Assembly (NCBI RefSeq): GCF_902713615.1
Contig: NC_052168.1
Span: 11,470,001-11,534,000 of the forward strand
Length of the DNA stretch: 64,000 nucleotides
DNA from: Scyliorhinus canicula
Taxonomy: Eukaryota
Reading direction: 5' to 3'
Positions 1 through 17,085 of the stretch are shown in pieces. Under the pieces are notes generated by a model, which saw only the letters and a list, made by a program, of their open reading frames with translations, had not been told where the DNA came from and did not search any database. The position numbers were made by a program, and so were the translations under genes. Position 1 is the stretch's first letter, and every line of letters begins with the position of its first letter.

Positions 1-1
1 G

Positions 2-154
2 GCGGCGGCGATATGCGAGTGGGTCGCCGCGATGATCCTGCTCCTCCTCTTCGGCCTGTTCGCGGTGGATTTCCAGCACATCGGTGGCCATTACTTCCAC
101 GTGATTCAGGAGAAGAGCAGAATCCAAAACTCGACCACCACGTTGGAGTTGTAG
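2..154 (+). CDS. TMEM150B: 3' terminal coding exon (5' partial) of a TMEM150B/DRAM-family membrane protein
   Basis: Frame 2 from base 2 reads AAAICEWVAAMILLLLFGLFAVDFQHIGGHYFHVIQEKSRIQNSTTTLEL* (TAG 152-154). The A-x-C-E-W...LFGL-x-AVDF helix matches the last TM segment of TMEM150B as I recall it. The ORF track shows only the wrong frame (13..204). Confidence 0.8.
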   Translation, partial: AAAICEWVAAMILLLLFGLFAVDFQHIGGHYFHVIQEKSRIQNSTTTLEL

Positions 155-899
155 CAGGAGCGACATGGGAACGTGACGCCCATCCGTTCCTCAGAGAAAA
201 GTAACGTCTTACAGGGCCCGACCTTCGCTGCTCCCGGCGTGCGGCGGGGGACGTTTTGTCACCTCAAAAGATGCTATAGAAATGCAAGACTGGCATTGTA
301 TGAACGAATGCAAAGCATCGGCCTACCTCAAAATTGGGGAAAGGTGATTAACATTGTTCTGCTTGTTCTTAATCCACCTTGTTTGATCTGTGCATCTCTG
401 CCTGGTATTAAGGTGACATTCACCAACCCCCACCGGTCAGTCAACTCATCAAATTGTTGTGGCGGACTGACTGGGGGGTGCGGTCGTCACTGTGCCTGAC
501 CATGTCGGGGTGCTGGATTAACAGCAATAGACATTACAAATGCATTTCTATAGCACCATGCTCTAATCTCAGAGTGTCCCCAAAGTGCTCAACAATCAAT
601 GAATTACTTTGGAAATGTTCGGAAGTATGGCGACACCAACCTGTACCGCATAGCACCTGGATAATGGGGGGAAACAGTCCAAGGTGCTCCACAGGGGCCA
701 CGTAAGGAGATGTTAGGGCAGCTTGATGAATATTTAGAATGAAGAGGTAAGCTTTAAACAGAGTCTAAAGGAGGAGGGGAAGATAGAGAGAGAGAGGTTT
801 AGAGAGGCGGTTGCTTGGAACTTAGGGTGTTGGCTATTCAAGGCACAGATACTAATACTGGCAAGATACAACTCAGGAATAAACAACATGCCAGAATTG

Positions 900-1165
900 G
901 GGGCGGCACAGTGGTTAGCACTGTTCCCTCACAACACCAGGGACCCGGATTCAATTCCGGCCTCGGGTGACTATCTGTCCTCCCCGTGTGTGCATGGGTT
1001 TCCTCCCACAGTCCAAAGATGTGCCGCTTAGGTGGATTGGCAGTGCCACAATTGCCCCTTAAGTGTCCAAAAGGTGAATGGGTTGGGTGGGGAGTGCTCT
1101 TTCAGAGGGTCGGTGCAGACTCTATGGGCCGAATGGCCTCCTCCTGCATTGTAGCGGTTCTATGA
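900..1165 (+). mobile_element. HE1-like tRNA-derived V-SINE, CR1-type tail
   Basis: tRNA-like A/B boxes (tggttagcac; ggattcaattcc), V-domain core tgggtttcctcccacagtccaaagatgtg, tail gggccgaatggcctcctcctgca. Confidence 0.8.
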
Positions 1166-1305
1166 TTTGGAGGAGCGCAGAGGGTTTTGGGCTGGAGGGG
1201 ATTGGGAGGGGTGAGGCCAATTCAAAGCTATCACAAGCGTTTTCAAATTGCGACGGGCTACTGTCGGTTAGCGGACATGGGGGTGATGGGTAAACGGCAG
1301 TCAGT

Positions 1306-1927
1306 GGGCGGGACTCTCTCAGCCCGGGGCCGGGCCGAATCGCGCCACACTGCCCCGACTCCGGCACGCGATGCTCCGCAAATTGGCGCTGGCGTGGTTG
1401 GTGCGGCGCCGGTCGATTCTCGGCCCGGGATGGGCTGAGCGGCCATTGTGAAAAACCCGAGTCCTGCCGGCGGGGTCCACTCCTGTTCTCAGCCGGCGGG
1501 AACTCGGCGTTGGAAGGGTCGGGGGGGGTGGCCTGTCAGGGGGGGATGGGGGGGGGGGGGTCCGACCCCGGGGGGGGGGGAACCCCCGATGTGGCCTGGC
1601 CCGTGATCGGGGCCCACCGATCGCCGGGCCGGCCTCTCTGGCTGGGCGGCCTCCTTTCTCTCGTGCCGGCCCCTGTAGCCCTGCGTGGGGCCGACACGTT
1701 GAAGGGAGCCACTGCGCATGCGCGCGTTGGCGCTGGTGCCACTGCACATGCGTGGATCCCGCGGCGCCCAGTTCACGACAGGATCAGCAGCTGGAGCGGC
1801 GTGAACCGCTCCAGTGCCATGCTGGCCCCCTGTAGGGGCCAGAATTGCCGTGTTGACACCGTCGAGAGAACGCGACGCCGTTTCCGACGGCGTCAACACT
1901 TAGCCTCAGAATCACAGAATCCCGCCC
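1306..1927. mobile_element. GC-rich non-autonomous DNA transposon (MITE), Harbinger/PIF-like
   Basis: Terminal inverted repeats gggcgggactct / agaatcccgccc with a 3-bp duplication (agt) on both sides; related copy at 38583-39203. Superfamily inferred from the 3-bp TSD. Confidence 0.65.
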
Positions 1928-2776
1928 AGTGTGTCCGCAGCCAGCTCCCACTGACAGCAATGTGATAGCGACCAAATCATCTGTTTCATTGTCTTGTTGA
2001 CTGAGGGATAAAGCTTGACCAGGAGACTGACGGGGGGGGGGTTTTGGACAACTCTTCCCCGCTTGCCCTTCTTCAAAACAGCGCAAAAGGGACCTCGCGT
2101 GTCAACATCTCGTCTGAAACATTGCAGCTCAGCAGTGCAAAACTGAACTGCGTGTAGAGAGACAGCACATGATGGCAGATGGGAAGGACTATTGAGCGAG
2201 GGCTCGATGAGAGGAAGATGGATGAACGGCAATGCCGTCACTGAGCTGGGTCCACCGGCCTTGTCCTCGCTACCTCAGCTCCTTGACGTCAAAGTTCAAT
2301 GTCTCCTCTCAATGTCGCCAGTGCAATTCTACGATTGTTATCCACACACTCCATTGATTGATGTTTAGCGATACGAACGGGTGTACGGAGAGCAATTATG
2401 AGTGACGGTTGTTAGGGCCGTGACTGCTGAAGACATGAAGAGTGGCCAAGTGACTGAGGCACAAAACTGCACAGGAGCAATCATCATCCCGCCACCCCAC
2501 CCTTTCCACAGGTTAATCCACAATGCCAAGCAACAGAGGCCGTCAAGAGGAAACAATCTCGTCCTTCGCCAAAGATCACATTCTCTTGGAGGCACACTGT
2601 ATATAATTGTATTACGTACAAGGTTCTGAAACAAAGGCAAGATGGGTATATTTTTAAAGAAAACCAACTGGAAAGCAGCTTAATCATTGTATTTATTTAA
2701 CTTATCTGTTGTCTGATGGCCTGTAATGAATTTCGTTGAACAGCAGAAGCTGCCTGATTTGTACATTCACAGACAC

Positions 2777-3063
2777 GGGCGGCACGTCGATCATCACCGC
2801 TGCCTCACAGCGCCAGGGTCCCAGGTTCGACTCCCGGCCTCGGGTCACTGACTGTGTGGAGTTGTCTGCGTGGGTTTCCTCCGGGTTTCCTCCCACAAGT
2901 CCCGAAAGGCGTGCTTGTTTGGTGAATGGGAAAAATTTCCCCTTAAGTGTCCAAAGATGGGCAGGTTTGGGGTGGGGGAGATGGGCCTAGCTTGCAGGCT
3001 CTTTCGAAGGGTCAGTGCAGACGCGATGGGCCTAATGTCCGCCTTCCTCTCGGGATTCTATGG
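2777..3063 (+). mobile_element. HE1-like V-SINE (diverged)
   Basis: cagcgccagggtcccaggttcga head, V-core, gtcagtgcagacgcgatgggcc tail. Confidence 0.7.
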
Positions 3064-3461
3064 GTGAATTTGAATCGATGAGGGGTTGGTCAGTCCGATT
3101 TGAGCAAAATGCGGCCTTTCGCAGGAGGAATGCAGTGACAGGAGGAGGCCATTCAGCCCATGGGGGACCATGCTAGCCTTTGAGGGACATCCCAGTTAGC
3201 TCTGCTGCCCGGCTCTTTCAGCACAATCCTACATTTATTTTTATTCTCTTCAAGTTCGGTCCCATCATCTGTTGAGAGATGATCATGCGAGCATTCGATT
3301 GAAAGGATTCAGCCTTAGAGCCTGTCTGCCATTCGATAAGATCACGGCTGACCAGTTTGTGTTTCAAATTCCACATTTATCCCCGATAACTTTCATTCCC
3401 TCGCCTAACAAGAATCTATCTACCTCTGCCTTACAAATATTCAGTGATTCCGCTTCCTCCT

Positions 3462-3766
3462 TGTTGGAACCAACAATTCTACGGACACGTGCTTGTAGGA
3501 TTAGAATAGCGGTTTTAATATACTCACAACTGAGCCAGCCTGTTAGCCATTGAACTTTCGGTGAACTGGCCGGCTGACCATGTGGCACTGAGCTTTTATA
3601 CAGCAGCTTCCGGGGGAGGAGTCCTGGGCAGAGCCAAGGGAGAAGCCCCATACAACTCGAGCATTCCCAGAGCTACTCCCCCTGGAGGACAGGTAGTGCA
3701 ACTGCACTTACAAGACAGACACATGTATATACAGATTATAATCCGGTGTGAATCGCATTCACCACA
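3462..3766. mobile_element. Solo LTR inserted in a CR1 fragment
   Basis: TGT...ACA termini; perfect 5-bp TSD ctcct (3457-3461, 3767-3771); related copy ends at 9112. Confidence 0.75.
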
Positions 3767-4729
3767 CTCCTGAGGTAGAGTTTCAAAGTCACACAACCCT
3801 CCCAGAGAAATCATTTATCTTCATCTCTATCCCGTAAAGGCGACCCCTCGTTGTAAAACAGTGCCCTGTAAACTCCATCCCCCTTCCAATAAAGGCGAGC
3901 ATTCCATTTCCCTTCCTAATTACTTGCTGCACTTCAAGCTAATGTTCTTGTGACTCACACACAAAGGCATCCAAGTCCCTCTTCTATTGCAGCCTCGGAA
4001 CAACCAATCAGATAGCATGCTGTGCTCGACAGGACCACACCGGGGGAAGGGAGAGTCTAGTCTTCATCTTCAACCATCTCCAGTAGCAAGGCTGTGGTTG
4101 GGACGTCATTGCCAAGGGGAAAATCATTCACATTTAACCAACCCAACACACCACTGCAGTATCCCACGGCACCTTTACAGTGTCTCGGGGAAGAAATGAT
4201 TCTGTCACAAAATAAAATACTTCCCCCCCCCCCCCAACATGGATTCCCTGTGTCCACATGATCTGTCTTTGTCCCTGTTGTGGTAGGGTTTAATTATACT
4301 GTGGGCCTGCTTTGCCTACTTTACTTAGCTGTCTCCCCCTGCATCCTGACATTCCAGGCCCCGGAGCCCTGGCGACTCGGGCCTTTCGGCACGGCTTCAA
4401 TCTTGTCGGCTGAGAGATTTGAATCCGGGCAGGATTCTCCGGCCTCGCTCGCCGGGCGACCGGAAATCCCCGCCCGAGGTCGATGGACCTTTTACTTGGC
4501 CCGCGTCCCGCCCGTGGCGATCTTGCGGCGGGCAGGGGGCGGACGAATCTAGCCCCAGAGGTGCTCTTCGCGCCTTGTCGCGTTGCTGAATAAACACTCG
4601 TTCTGTATTGTCAAATTGAGATTGTCTGTAAACGAACGGAAACATGGATTTAAAGTTTTATATAATAAAAAGAGAATCTATTCCAGTTAGGTTTCTTGAG
4701 CAGCCAAAGCTTCTCTGTTTCTGAGACTC

Positions 4730-5903
4730 AAGTGTTGACGCCAACATCGAATCCGGGGAGTTTAACGACAGTAAGCCCGGCGCCGCACCGGGACTGACTC
4801 CGTTACCGTTGAGGGGCTATCACCGGTGCCGTGTCAAACACTATTGACTCCAGTAAGGAATGGTTCAGGATTCGCCAGATCCGTGATTAACTCTGGGGAG
4901 GCTGACAAGCAGCAGTCGCGTTTACGCATTATACTCCCCACACACACTCATCCCAGCCAACAAAATGGTACTGGTTGTGCTGGAGCGTGCCCATACCGCT
5001 GATGGGTCGGCTGGGTCTAGAGGATGCCTTGGGGGGGCACCTATACGACCCATGGCACTAAGTACACAGTGGGCTGTTAGCGGCGTGCGCAGTTGCATTG
5101 GCTGTCTATCCGGCTGCGATAATGCGAGTTCCCTGCCATCTACCCTGACCCCATAGCCCACTCCTGGCCACCCTCCCCGCTCTTGCAGAAGCTCACCCCC
5201 CCCCCCCCCCGTGAGTGGACAACTGTCAGCAGACTACAGCGATGTTGGGGGGGGTGTCCAATCTATATGCCCTCTCTCTCTCCCTCAGCAGACGCCACAC
5301 CGTTTCACTATTTTTAAAAGCACAAATGAACCACGCTGACGGGAACTCGGTCCATTAGATATAGAACAGTACAGCACAGAACAGGCCCTTCGGCCTTCGA
5401 TGTTGTGCCGAGCAATGATCACCCTACTCAAACCCACGTATCCACCCTATACCCGTACTTTTTAGGACACTACGGGCAATTTAGCATGGCCAATCCACCT
5501 AACCCCGCACATCTTTGGATTGTGGGAGGAAACCGGAGCACCCGGAGGAAACCCACGCACACACGGGGAGGACGTGCAGACTCCGCACAGACAGTGACCC
5601 AGCCGGGAATCGAACCTGGGACCCTGGAGCTGTGAAGCATTTATGCTAACCACCATGCTACCGTGCTGTCCATTGGAGGCGGAGAATCGCGGAGGCCCCG
5701 GGGAATACCGGGTCTGGCCTGCTAATGGTATGCAAACATCGTCTACTGTATGTGCGTTCCAGAACACATTGATGCTGCCGTCGAGGTGCTGGAGCATTGC
5801 GATTTGGCATAAAATCGGCGCCTGCCGCGATTTTGGCGGCGGAACAGATTCTCTGACCAATCGCCTTTCCCGATTTCAGCGTCAGCCAACGGAGAATCCC
5901 GCG
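4730..5903. mobile_element. GC-rich MITE-like element containing a nested V-SINE (5357-5669, minus strand)
   Basis: Ends in ggagaatcccgcg like the other MITEs; the SINE has a tcggcacaacatcg...ctgttctat tail. Confidence 0.55.
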
Positions 5904-5939
5904 CAGTGGCTCCAAACGCAGGTTAGACCCTGGGGGTAC

Positions 5940-6520
5940 CATGAGTGACTCGCCTCCTGATTCTCCAAAGTTCTTCCACCATCAATAAAACGCATGTCGC
6001 AAGTGTAATGATATACTCTCTACTTGCCTGGATGAGTGCAGCTCCAACAGCAAGAAGCTCCACACTGCCTAGAATAAAGGCCACTTGTCCAGCACCTTAA
6101 ACATTCGCTCCCTCCGCCACCACAGCACAGTGGCTACAGTGCACAAGACGTACTGCAGTAACTTAAGGCTCCTTTCTCATCACTTTCTGGTTATGCAAAC
6201 TGGCTCATCCAGAAGATGAAGGGCAGGAGATGCACAGGAACACCACCACCTCCAGAGTGCACCTTCAAAACCCACGGACCCTACCATTCGAAAGGACAAG
6301 GGCCGCAGGCCCATGGGAATGCCGCTAACTGGAGAATCCCCTCCAAGTCACTCGCCCTCCTAACTTCCATTCCTTCACTGTCACTGGGTTGAAACCCTGG
6401 AACTCCCTCCCCAACAGCACTATGGGTGTACCTACACCAACACAGGTGGCTCACCCCCACCTTCTCAAGGGCAAGGACAATAAATCCTTGCCATAGATGC
6501 CCACAGCCTGAGAAGAATTT
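5940..6520 (+). mobile_element. 3' fragment of an L2/CR1-group LINE
   Basis: Homologous to the reverse complement of 48060-48600 (cctggaactccctccc-aacagcac-tgggtgtacctacacca). Confidence 0.6.
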
Positions 6521-6931
6521 TTTTTTTTAAAAACCCAAGGGACGTAACATTAAAATTTGAGTTAGGCATTAACTGATGTCAGGAAGTACTTCACAAAAAA
6601 GGATGGAGGAAATTTGGAACTTCCACTCAAACAATCGTTGAGGTTGGATTGTGGTCTATGAAGATTTCAAACTGAGTTTCATCGGGTTGATCTTTTGCCA
6701 AGGTTAAGGTTGATGGAACTTGGGGCATATTCAGCAGATTTGAGAGGCTGATGGCCTCCTCCAGTTCCTATGTTCCTTCCTGCGACACCTGGATAACACG
6801 TGAACACAGCCCTATGCAGTCCCCCTAGTCAAAGGTATGAAACGTCCTAACCCACCTCACGCAAGTGCCTCGGGAGCACAGGGTGACGCACTAGTCATCC
6901 TCTGGAATAAACTGACAAAACGAGTTGTTTG

Positions 6932-7251
6932 GGGGCAGCGCAGTAGCATAGTGGTTAGCACAATCGCTTCACAGCTCCAGGGTCCCAGGTTCGATTCCGT
7001 CTTGGGTCACTGTCTGTGTGGAGTCTGCGCATCCTCCCCGTGTGTGCGTGGGTTTCCTCCCACAGTCCAAAGATGTGCAGGCTAGGTGGATTGGCCATGA
7101 TAAATTGTCCCTAGTGTCTAAAGTTGCCCTTAATGTTGGGTGGGGTTACTGGGGATAGGGTGGAGGCGTTAACCTTGGGTAGTGTGCTCTTTCCAGGAGT
7201 CGGTGCAGACTCGATGGGCCGAATGGCCTCCTTCTGCACTGTAAATTCTAT
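6932..7251 (+). mobile_element. HE1-like V-SINE, full length
   Basis: Head, V-core and tail ...tggcctccttctgcactgtaaattctatg. Confidence 0.85.
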
Positions 7252-7594
7252 GTCAAACTTTCTGGCAAGTTCTGTGAGGATTCATTGCATGACCTTTCAC
7301 CTCCGACTGTCCCCACTCCCACAATTGATCATTGAAGCAACCATCCATGTTGTCCTCCCATTCCCCATGCCAATTGGAAAGTCAATAGTTTCTTCCAAGG
7401 ATCTCGCCCAGATCGCCAATAACTTTTGTAACAAACGAAAGCTTTCAAAGAAAAATGTTTTTTTTTTTTTTTAATTGACTGATTTATCTCCCACTTTTGG
7501 TCCAAGATAAAATCCTGGAGAGTTGGTGAGCCCACCCTTCACTATGGCACAGCATGTAATCTGTAATACTAACATTAATAAAATTGCTTTTTTT

Positions 7595-7812
7595 AGGGTA
7601 AAACGGTGGCGCCAGTGGTCAACACAGTTGCCTCAAGGCGCCGAGGTTCCAGGTTCGATCCCGGTTCTGGGTCACTGTCCGTGTGGAGTTTGCACATTCT
7701 ACCAGTGTTTGCGTGGGTTTTGCCCCCACAACCTAAAAGATATGCAGGATAAGTGGATTGGCCTTTAATTGGAAAAAATGAATTGGGTACTCTAAATTTA
7801 TATTTAAAAAAT
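7595..7812 (+). mobile_element. Short poly(A)-tailed V-SINE variant
   Basis: V-core followed by ttaattggaaaaaatgaattgggtactctaaattt and an A-rich end. Confidence 0.75.
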
Positions 7813-10300
7813 GCTTTTTTAAACAAACAATTAGGTGCTGCAGCTTCCGATGGATGGGTAATTGAAATCGGATTGCCAACCTGGTTTGAAAGCTCTTATC
7901 CCGTTCTTCCCAGTGTCCGCGTGGGATTTCCGAGAACTCCAGTTTTCTCCTATGCAGGTTAGGTGGATTGGCTATGCTAAATTACCCTTCAGTGGTATCC
8001 GATGCGCAGGTTAGGCAGGGTACAGAATTGATGGGCTGAATGGCCTCCTTCGGCACTGTAGGGATTCTCTGAAAATCCAGTTGCCCCCCCCCCCCGGCTC
8101 AGGCAGATGAGATCTGGGCAACACAGCCCCCAGGGCCTAGCATCGAAGAGACGTTGAGCCGAACGCACGCAAGACACACCCACCTTTAACAGTACCAGCC
8201 ACAAGCTGCCATAAACCAGGGAGGATTAAATGGGTAGGATTTAGTTAGAGTGGGTGAGAGAGTTCAGATGGGGGGGGGGTCGAGATTTTTGGTGGGGGTG
8301 GCCATATGGAGCCTGTTTGGGGGGGTTGGGTTAGACCTGGAGGGGCTAGTTGGGAGATATCCCCTGGGGGCTGGGACACACGCACACGAGAGAAAGAGAA
8401 TGGGCTGGATTCTCTGTTGTCAGGAACGTCCCTTTCCCTGGTAACACACTCATCCACAGATTTTCCGACAGCGTGTGGGTTCCCACAATGGGAAATCCAA
8501 TTGGCCGGCTGCCGGGAAGGAGGATGCCGTTGCCTGCACCACACTGGAAAAGGGGTGCGGCGGGACAGAGAATCCTACCCAATATAACATTTTTGCACCA
8601 CTACAGATTCAAATATTGTTAATGGAGAAAGTTAGAGGATCACTCGGGTCTAGATTCTAGTCAATAGCCCATTTATTTTAATTAACTGGAGAATATTAGT
8701 CACAACGCCATGTAACCGTTTAGAGTTTGGTCAATTAAAGTTGTTTGCAACATACAGAAAATGACTAACTCAGAGGGTGGAAACCTGTGCAAACGGAACA
8801 CCCAACTGAGCACAAGAGGTTTTTGAAGAGTGGGTTAATTTAGACATGAATTTAAGACATAATTTAAGATATGAACAGTGGTTTTAATCTACTTACTACA
8901 GAGCCAACCTGTTACCCGATGAACTGCAGGCTGGCTCTGGACAAGGGTATTTACACAATCCAGGGGGAGGAGTTGTGGGCGGAGCCAAGGGTGGAGCCCT
9001 GTACAAACTCCTGAGCATTCCCAGAGCTACTCCCCTAGTGGTCGGATAACACTACTGCACTTACAATGGCATTGGTAAATACAGTATGAATTGCCAAGTT
9101 ACATTCACCACACCTTTGTACCGTATTTACCTTCAATGGAGAAGTAGAACTGCAATTGTCAACTTGGAACCCTTCACGATGCTCATCGTCAGTCAGGTGA
9201 AAGGCTCCACCTGAAACATGGATTTTAATGTTGGTAAACTGGGTACAACTCAACCCTCATTCCTTAGATCTTCTCAACTCGAGTGGGTATGATGTAGTTG
9301 GAAGCAAGATGAAGTAAGAGGCATTGAGGATATGGTTGGTGGTATATGCCAAGTTAAGGGAAACTTTAAACAACTGCACTCATTTTTGCGATTTGGTATA
9401 AATTCAGGATTAGTTTAAAATCCAGAGAATGATGTCCAGAAAAGTAAATGTTTAAACAATAAAAAAACATTTAACTTTGAGACATTGGTTATATAGAGGC
9501 AGTGGCATAGTGGCATTATCACTGGACCAGTAATCCAGAGTCCCAGGGTAATGATCTGGGGACTAGAGTTTGAATCTAACAGGTGCAATTTAAACTCTGG
9601 CATTAAAAGTCTAATGATTGCTACGATCTACTTCACGAATATCCTTCAGGGAAGGACACCTGCCATGCTTACCTGGTCTGGCCTAATGTGGTTGATGAAA
9701 TTCCCTAGCAAACCACTCCGTTGTATTCAACTGCTCAAACACAAAAGGAACAAAACTAGATGGATCACCTGGCATCGATCTAGGCACCAGAAATGGCAAA
9801 CCCAGCCTCGTCAACCCTGCAAAATCCTTCTTACTAACATCTGGGGGCTTGCAACAAAGTTAGGAAAGCTGTCTCAGCCTAGTCAAGCAACAACCGGATG
9901 CTATATCCCAGACACCACTCACCATTCCTGGTTTTCTTGCCTCTCAGCAGGAAAGAGCCAGAGGTGATAGTCACAAAGGCCCACCTTCTCAAAGGCCCAC
10001 CTTCTCAACCTTGGCCTCTCCTGAAGTATGGTGATACTCAATTTAAACCAGTCAGCTCTCCAGGAAAGCCTGTGGTCATCGGTGACTTTATAGACTACAG
10101 GCAGGATTAGGAACCCGCATTGACTTTGGACCCAATGAAACCAGGCAGTAGGCATCAACTAATTGGACTTGCAAACTATTAGCTCAAAAAAAAAACAGCA
10201 AGTATTCATTTTGTGAATGATGTTTAATTTAATTCCTCAGTTGGAAAAGCACATCACACAGCAGCCAACTCATCTACAGATCAGATCCTGGATGTGACAT

Positions 10301-14076
<3,776 letters not shown>

Positions 14077-14151
14077 TCTGACTATGGACTGTTTCACAAA
14101 TTTACAATGAACACCAACAATACCAAAACCCTCTCAGCCCTAGTACTTGGA

Positions 14152-14302
14152 TTTATACCCCAGGTCCACAGCCTCAGTGTGTTAAGCAGGAAATGACATA
14201 GTCAATGATGGCCAAGCACTCTTGTTAATTAATCAAACAGTTGCCTTGTCCAATTAGATTCCAATCGGCCCAGGAGAGGATTTGGGAGTCAGGAACCAAT
14301 AA
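14152..14302 (-). promoter_or_regulatory. Proximal promoter of ferritin copy 1
   Basis: TATAAA (tttata 14152-14157), gcaggaaatgacata at 14186-14200, CCAAT boxes near 14250, 14262 and 14296; same layout in all five copies. Confidence 0.7.
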
Positions 14303-14619
14303 TAATGTTCAAGGAGAGGGTCCATTGATTGACAATCAATTATGGTGAAATTACTGTTGTACCGTTGACCCTCTTCACAAGTGCCAACTCTGAAAATGTC
14401 TCTACCTCAAACTGATTAGCACTGCTGCCTCACAGATATTTTCTGCTCCTGTTTAGATAGAATTACAGTGAATGTACAGCACAGAACTGTCCCTCAGCCC
14501 AGGTGTTATGTCACGTGATGTCCTCCCACTTTACAATTAATTCCATAATGGACTGGTGGCCTTTGAGGAACTGGAGAATTGAAGATTCCCACTCAATTAA
14601 AAGGGATGATCAAAGACTT

Positions 14620-15840
14620 GTGTGTGTGCATATAGGAATTGGGAGCAGAGGTAGGCATTTCAGCCCTTCGAGCCTGCTCCACCATGGCTGATCACTTCCT
14701 CATCTCAAATCCACCTCCCTGCCTGTTCCCCACATCCCTTTAACCCGTTTTATAAAAACCCAAAATATATCCATCTCCTTCTTGAGACCATTTAATGACT
14801 CAGATTCCACCGCACTATGGGACAGCGAGTTCCAGATATTCGCCCCCCTCTGCGAGAAGTAGTTGCTCCTCATCTCAGTTCTAAATGGGCAGCACGGTAT
14901 CACAGTGGTTAGCACTGTTGCCAGGGTCACAGCGCCAGGGTCCCAGGTACGATTTACCACTGGGTCACTGTCTGTGCAGAGTCTGCACGTTCTCCCCGTG
15001 TCTGCGTGGGTTTCCTCCGGGTGCTCTGGTTTGCTCCCACAGTCCAAAGATGTGCAGGTTAGGTGGGTTGGGCATGCTAAATTGCCCTTCGTGTGCAAAG
15101 GGGTTAGGAAGGGTAGGAAGGGTGGCAGGAGTTACGGGGATAGGGTGGAAGTGAGAGCTTAAGTGGGTCGGTGCTGACTCAATGGGCCGAATGGCCTCCT
15201 TCTGCACTGTATGTTCTAAGTTCTAAATCTACCGCCTCCCAACCTATATCTTTCACCTCTCAATCTAGATTGTCGACAGGGGGGAGCATTTGGTTTACAT
15301 TTACTTTATCAATCCCTCTTAGTATTTGTATACCTCGGTCAGATCCCGTCTTATAATGCAAAATCAGCAGGTATAAACCCAAACTGTTTAATCTCTCCTC
15401 ATACATTAATCTTTTAATTCCCGGAATCAATGTGGAGAATCTCCCCTGAACTGCCTCCAATGTCACCACATCCTTCCTCAAATCAGACCAAAACTGGACA
15501 CAATACTCCAGATGTGGTCTAACCAACACCCTCCACAATTGCAACAACAATTCTCTACTTTGATACTCCAGTCCTTTTGCCATAAATGCTAGAATTCCAT
15601 TTGCCTTTTTAATTACAGGCTGTACCTGCACACCGACTTTCTGCGATTCATGAACAAAGACACCCAGATCCCTCTGCCCAGGCACATCTTGAATCTGCCT
15701 TCCATTTAGATAATAATTTGCCTTTCTATATTTTTGGCCAAAATAGATAACCTCACACTTATTTAAACTGCATCTGCCAAACTTTGGCCCATTCTCCTAG
15801 CCGATCTATATCCGTCTGTAATCTCTTCATCTCCTTGACA
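14620..15840 (-). mobile_element. CR1 LINE 3' fragment interrupted by a V-SINE (14887-15220, + strand)
   Basis: QRDLGVFVHESQKV...VLVRPHLEYCVQFWS...YEERLNSLGLY; sequence resumes across the SINE at ttctaaat. Confidence 0.85.
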
Positions 15841-16450
15841 CATAGTTTGGTGGAAGTGAGTTACTTTTGTCCAGTAGTTGCTTCAAATGCCAAGTTGCAG
15901 TCTAGCCCCACCTTATTGGAGTCACTAACGAATTTGGATGTTTCAGCAGAGCTGTAACAGGACTAGTGATGTATATGCTGTGGCAACTAGAGCAGCTCGG
16001 AGTTTATGAATTTTATGGCGGGTAACTCACCTCCTGGCTCCCCGAAGTCGGTCCACCGTCTACGAGGCTGAAATCATGGAGAGTGATGGTGGAATACCCT
16101 CCAATCGCCTGGATGAGTGCGACACCATCCAGAACGGAGAAGCTAACGTGATCAGCGTGGCCGACCAAGTGGTCACATGATGACGCGGTTATGAGCGAGG
16201 CTATGGGTCGGGACGGGTGTGAGTTGGGTGGGAGTTCCCCCCCTCGGGTGGGAGTACCCCCTCCCCCTCCCCCAACCCCCCCACCCCGGCAGAGTACAAG
16301 CACAAAGTAGCTGCTAAGCTAGTGAATCAACGTCTCTACGTTCTAACTCCATTGTTGTCAGTGCATCCAAGCACCCCATCCGAAATGTGAAACATTCACT
16401 CCCTATAACCCTGTCACACTGTGGCAGCCATGTGTACCATCTACAAGACA

Positions 16451-16647
16451 GCAAGAAGTCTTACAACACCAGATTAAAGTCCAACAGGTTTGTTTCGAAT
16501 CGCTAGCTTTCGGAGCGCAGCTCCTTCCTCAGGTGAATGAAGAGGCGGGTTCCAGAAACATATACATAGACAAAGTCAAAGATGCAATACGACACTTTGA
16601 ATGCGAGTCTTTGCAGATAATTAAGTCTACAGGTCCAGACGGAGCAT
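16451..16647. mobile_element. Penelope-like element terminal fragment inside an L2-like LINE remnant
   Basis: aagtcttacaacaccagattaaagtccaacaggtttgtttcgaat...agctttcggagc...ccttcctcagg resembles Penelope termini (recalled); flanked by duplicated catctacaaga. Confidence 0.5.
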
Positions 16648-16784
16648 CATCTACAAGATACACTGCAGTAACTCGCTGAGGCTCCTTTAACAGCCCTTTC
16701 CAAACCCATGGCCTCCATTATCTAGGAGGACAAGGGACAGTAGATGCTCAAGAACAACAAAGTCTGCAAGTTCCCATTCGAGAA

Positions 16785-17085
16785 AGCACAGTGGTTAGCA
16801 CTGTTCCTTCAAAGTGGCAGGGGCCCGGGTTCGATTCCCGGCTTGGGTCACTGTCTGTGCGGAGTCTGCACGTTCTCCCCGTGTCTGCGTGGGTTTCCTC
16901 CGGGCGCTCCGGTTTCCTCCCACAAGTCCCCGAAAGACGTGCTTGTTAGGTGAATTGGACATTCTGAATTCTCCCTCCGTGTACCCGAACAGGCGCCAGC
17001 GTGTGGCGACTAGGGGCTTTTCACAGTAAATTAATTGCAGCGTTAATGTAAGTCTACTTGTGACAATAAAGATTATGATTATTGT
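16785..17085 (+). mobile_element. V-SINE with alternative (L2-like) tail
   Basis: Core, then ggcgactaggggcttttcacagtaa...gtgacaataaagattatgattatt. Confidence 0.8.

Noticed and set aside
13-204. ORF-track 63-aa protein
   Set aside because: Wrong frame; frame 2 gives the recognisable TMEM150-type helix.
1306-1965. GC-rich ORFs or a CpG-island gene
   Set aside because: Bounded by inverted repeats and repeated elsewhere in the window; open frames are expected at this GC content.
5462-5860. Recurrent GHCLCGVCTSSPCVRGFPPGAPVSSH peptides as a Cys-rich protein family
   Set aside because: These are translations of the SINE core.
6932-7010. tRNA genes
   Set aside because: The A/B-box sequences are SINE heads running directly into the V-domain core.
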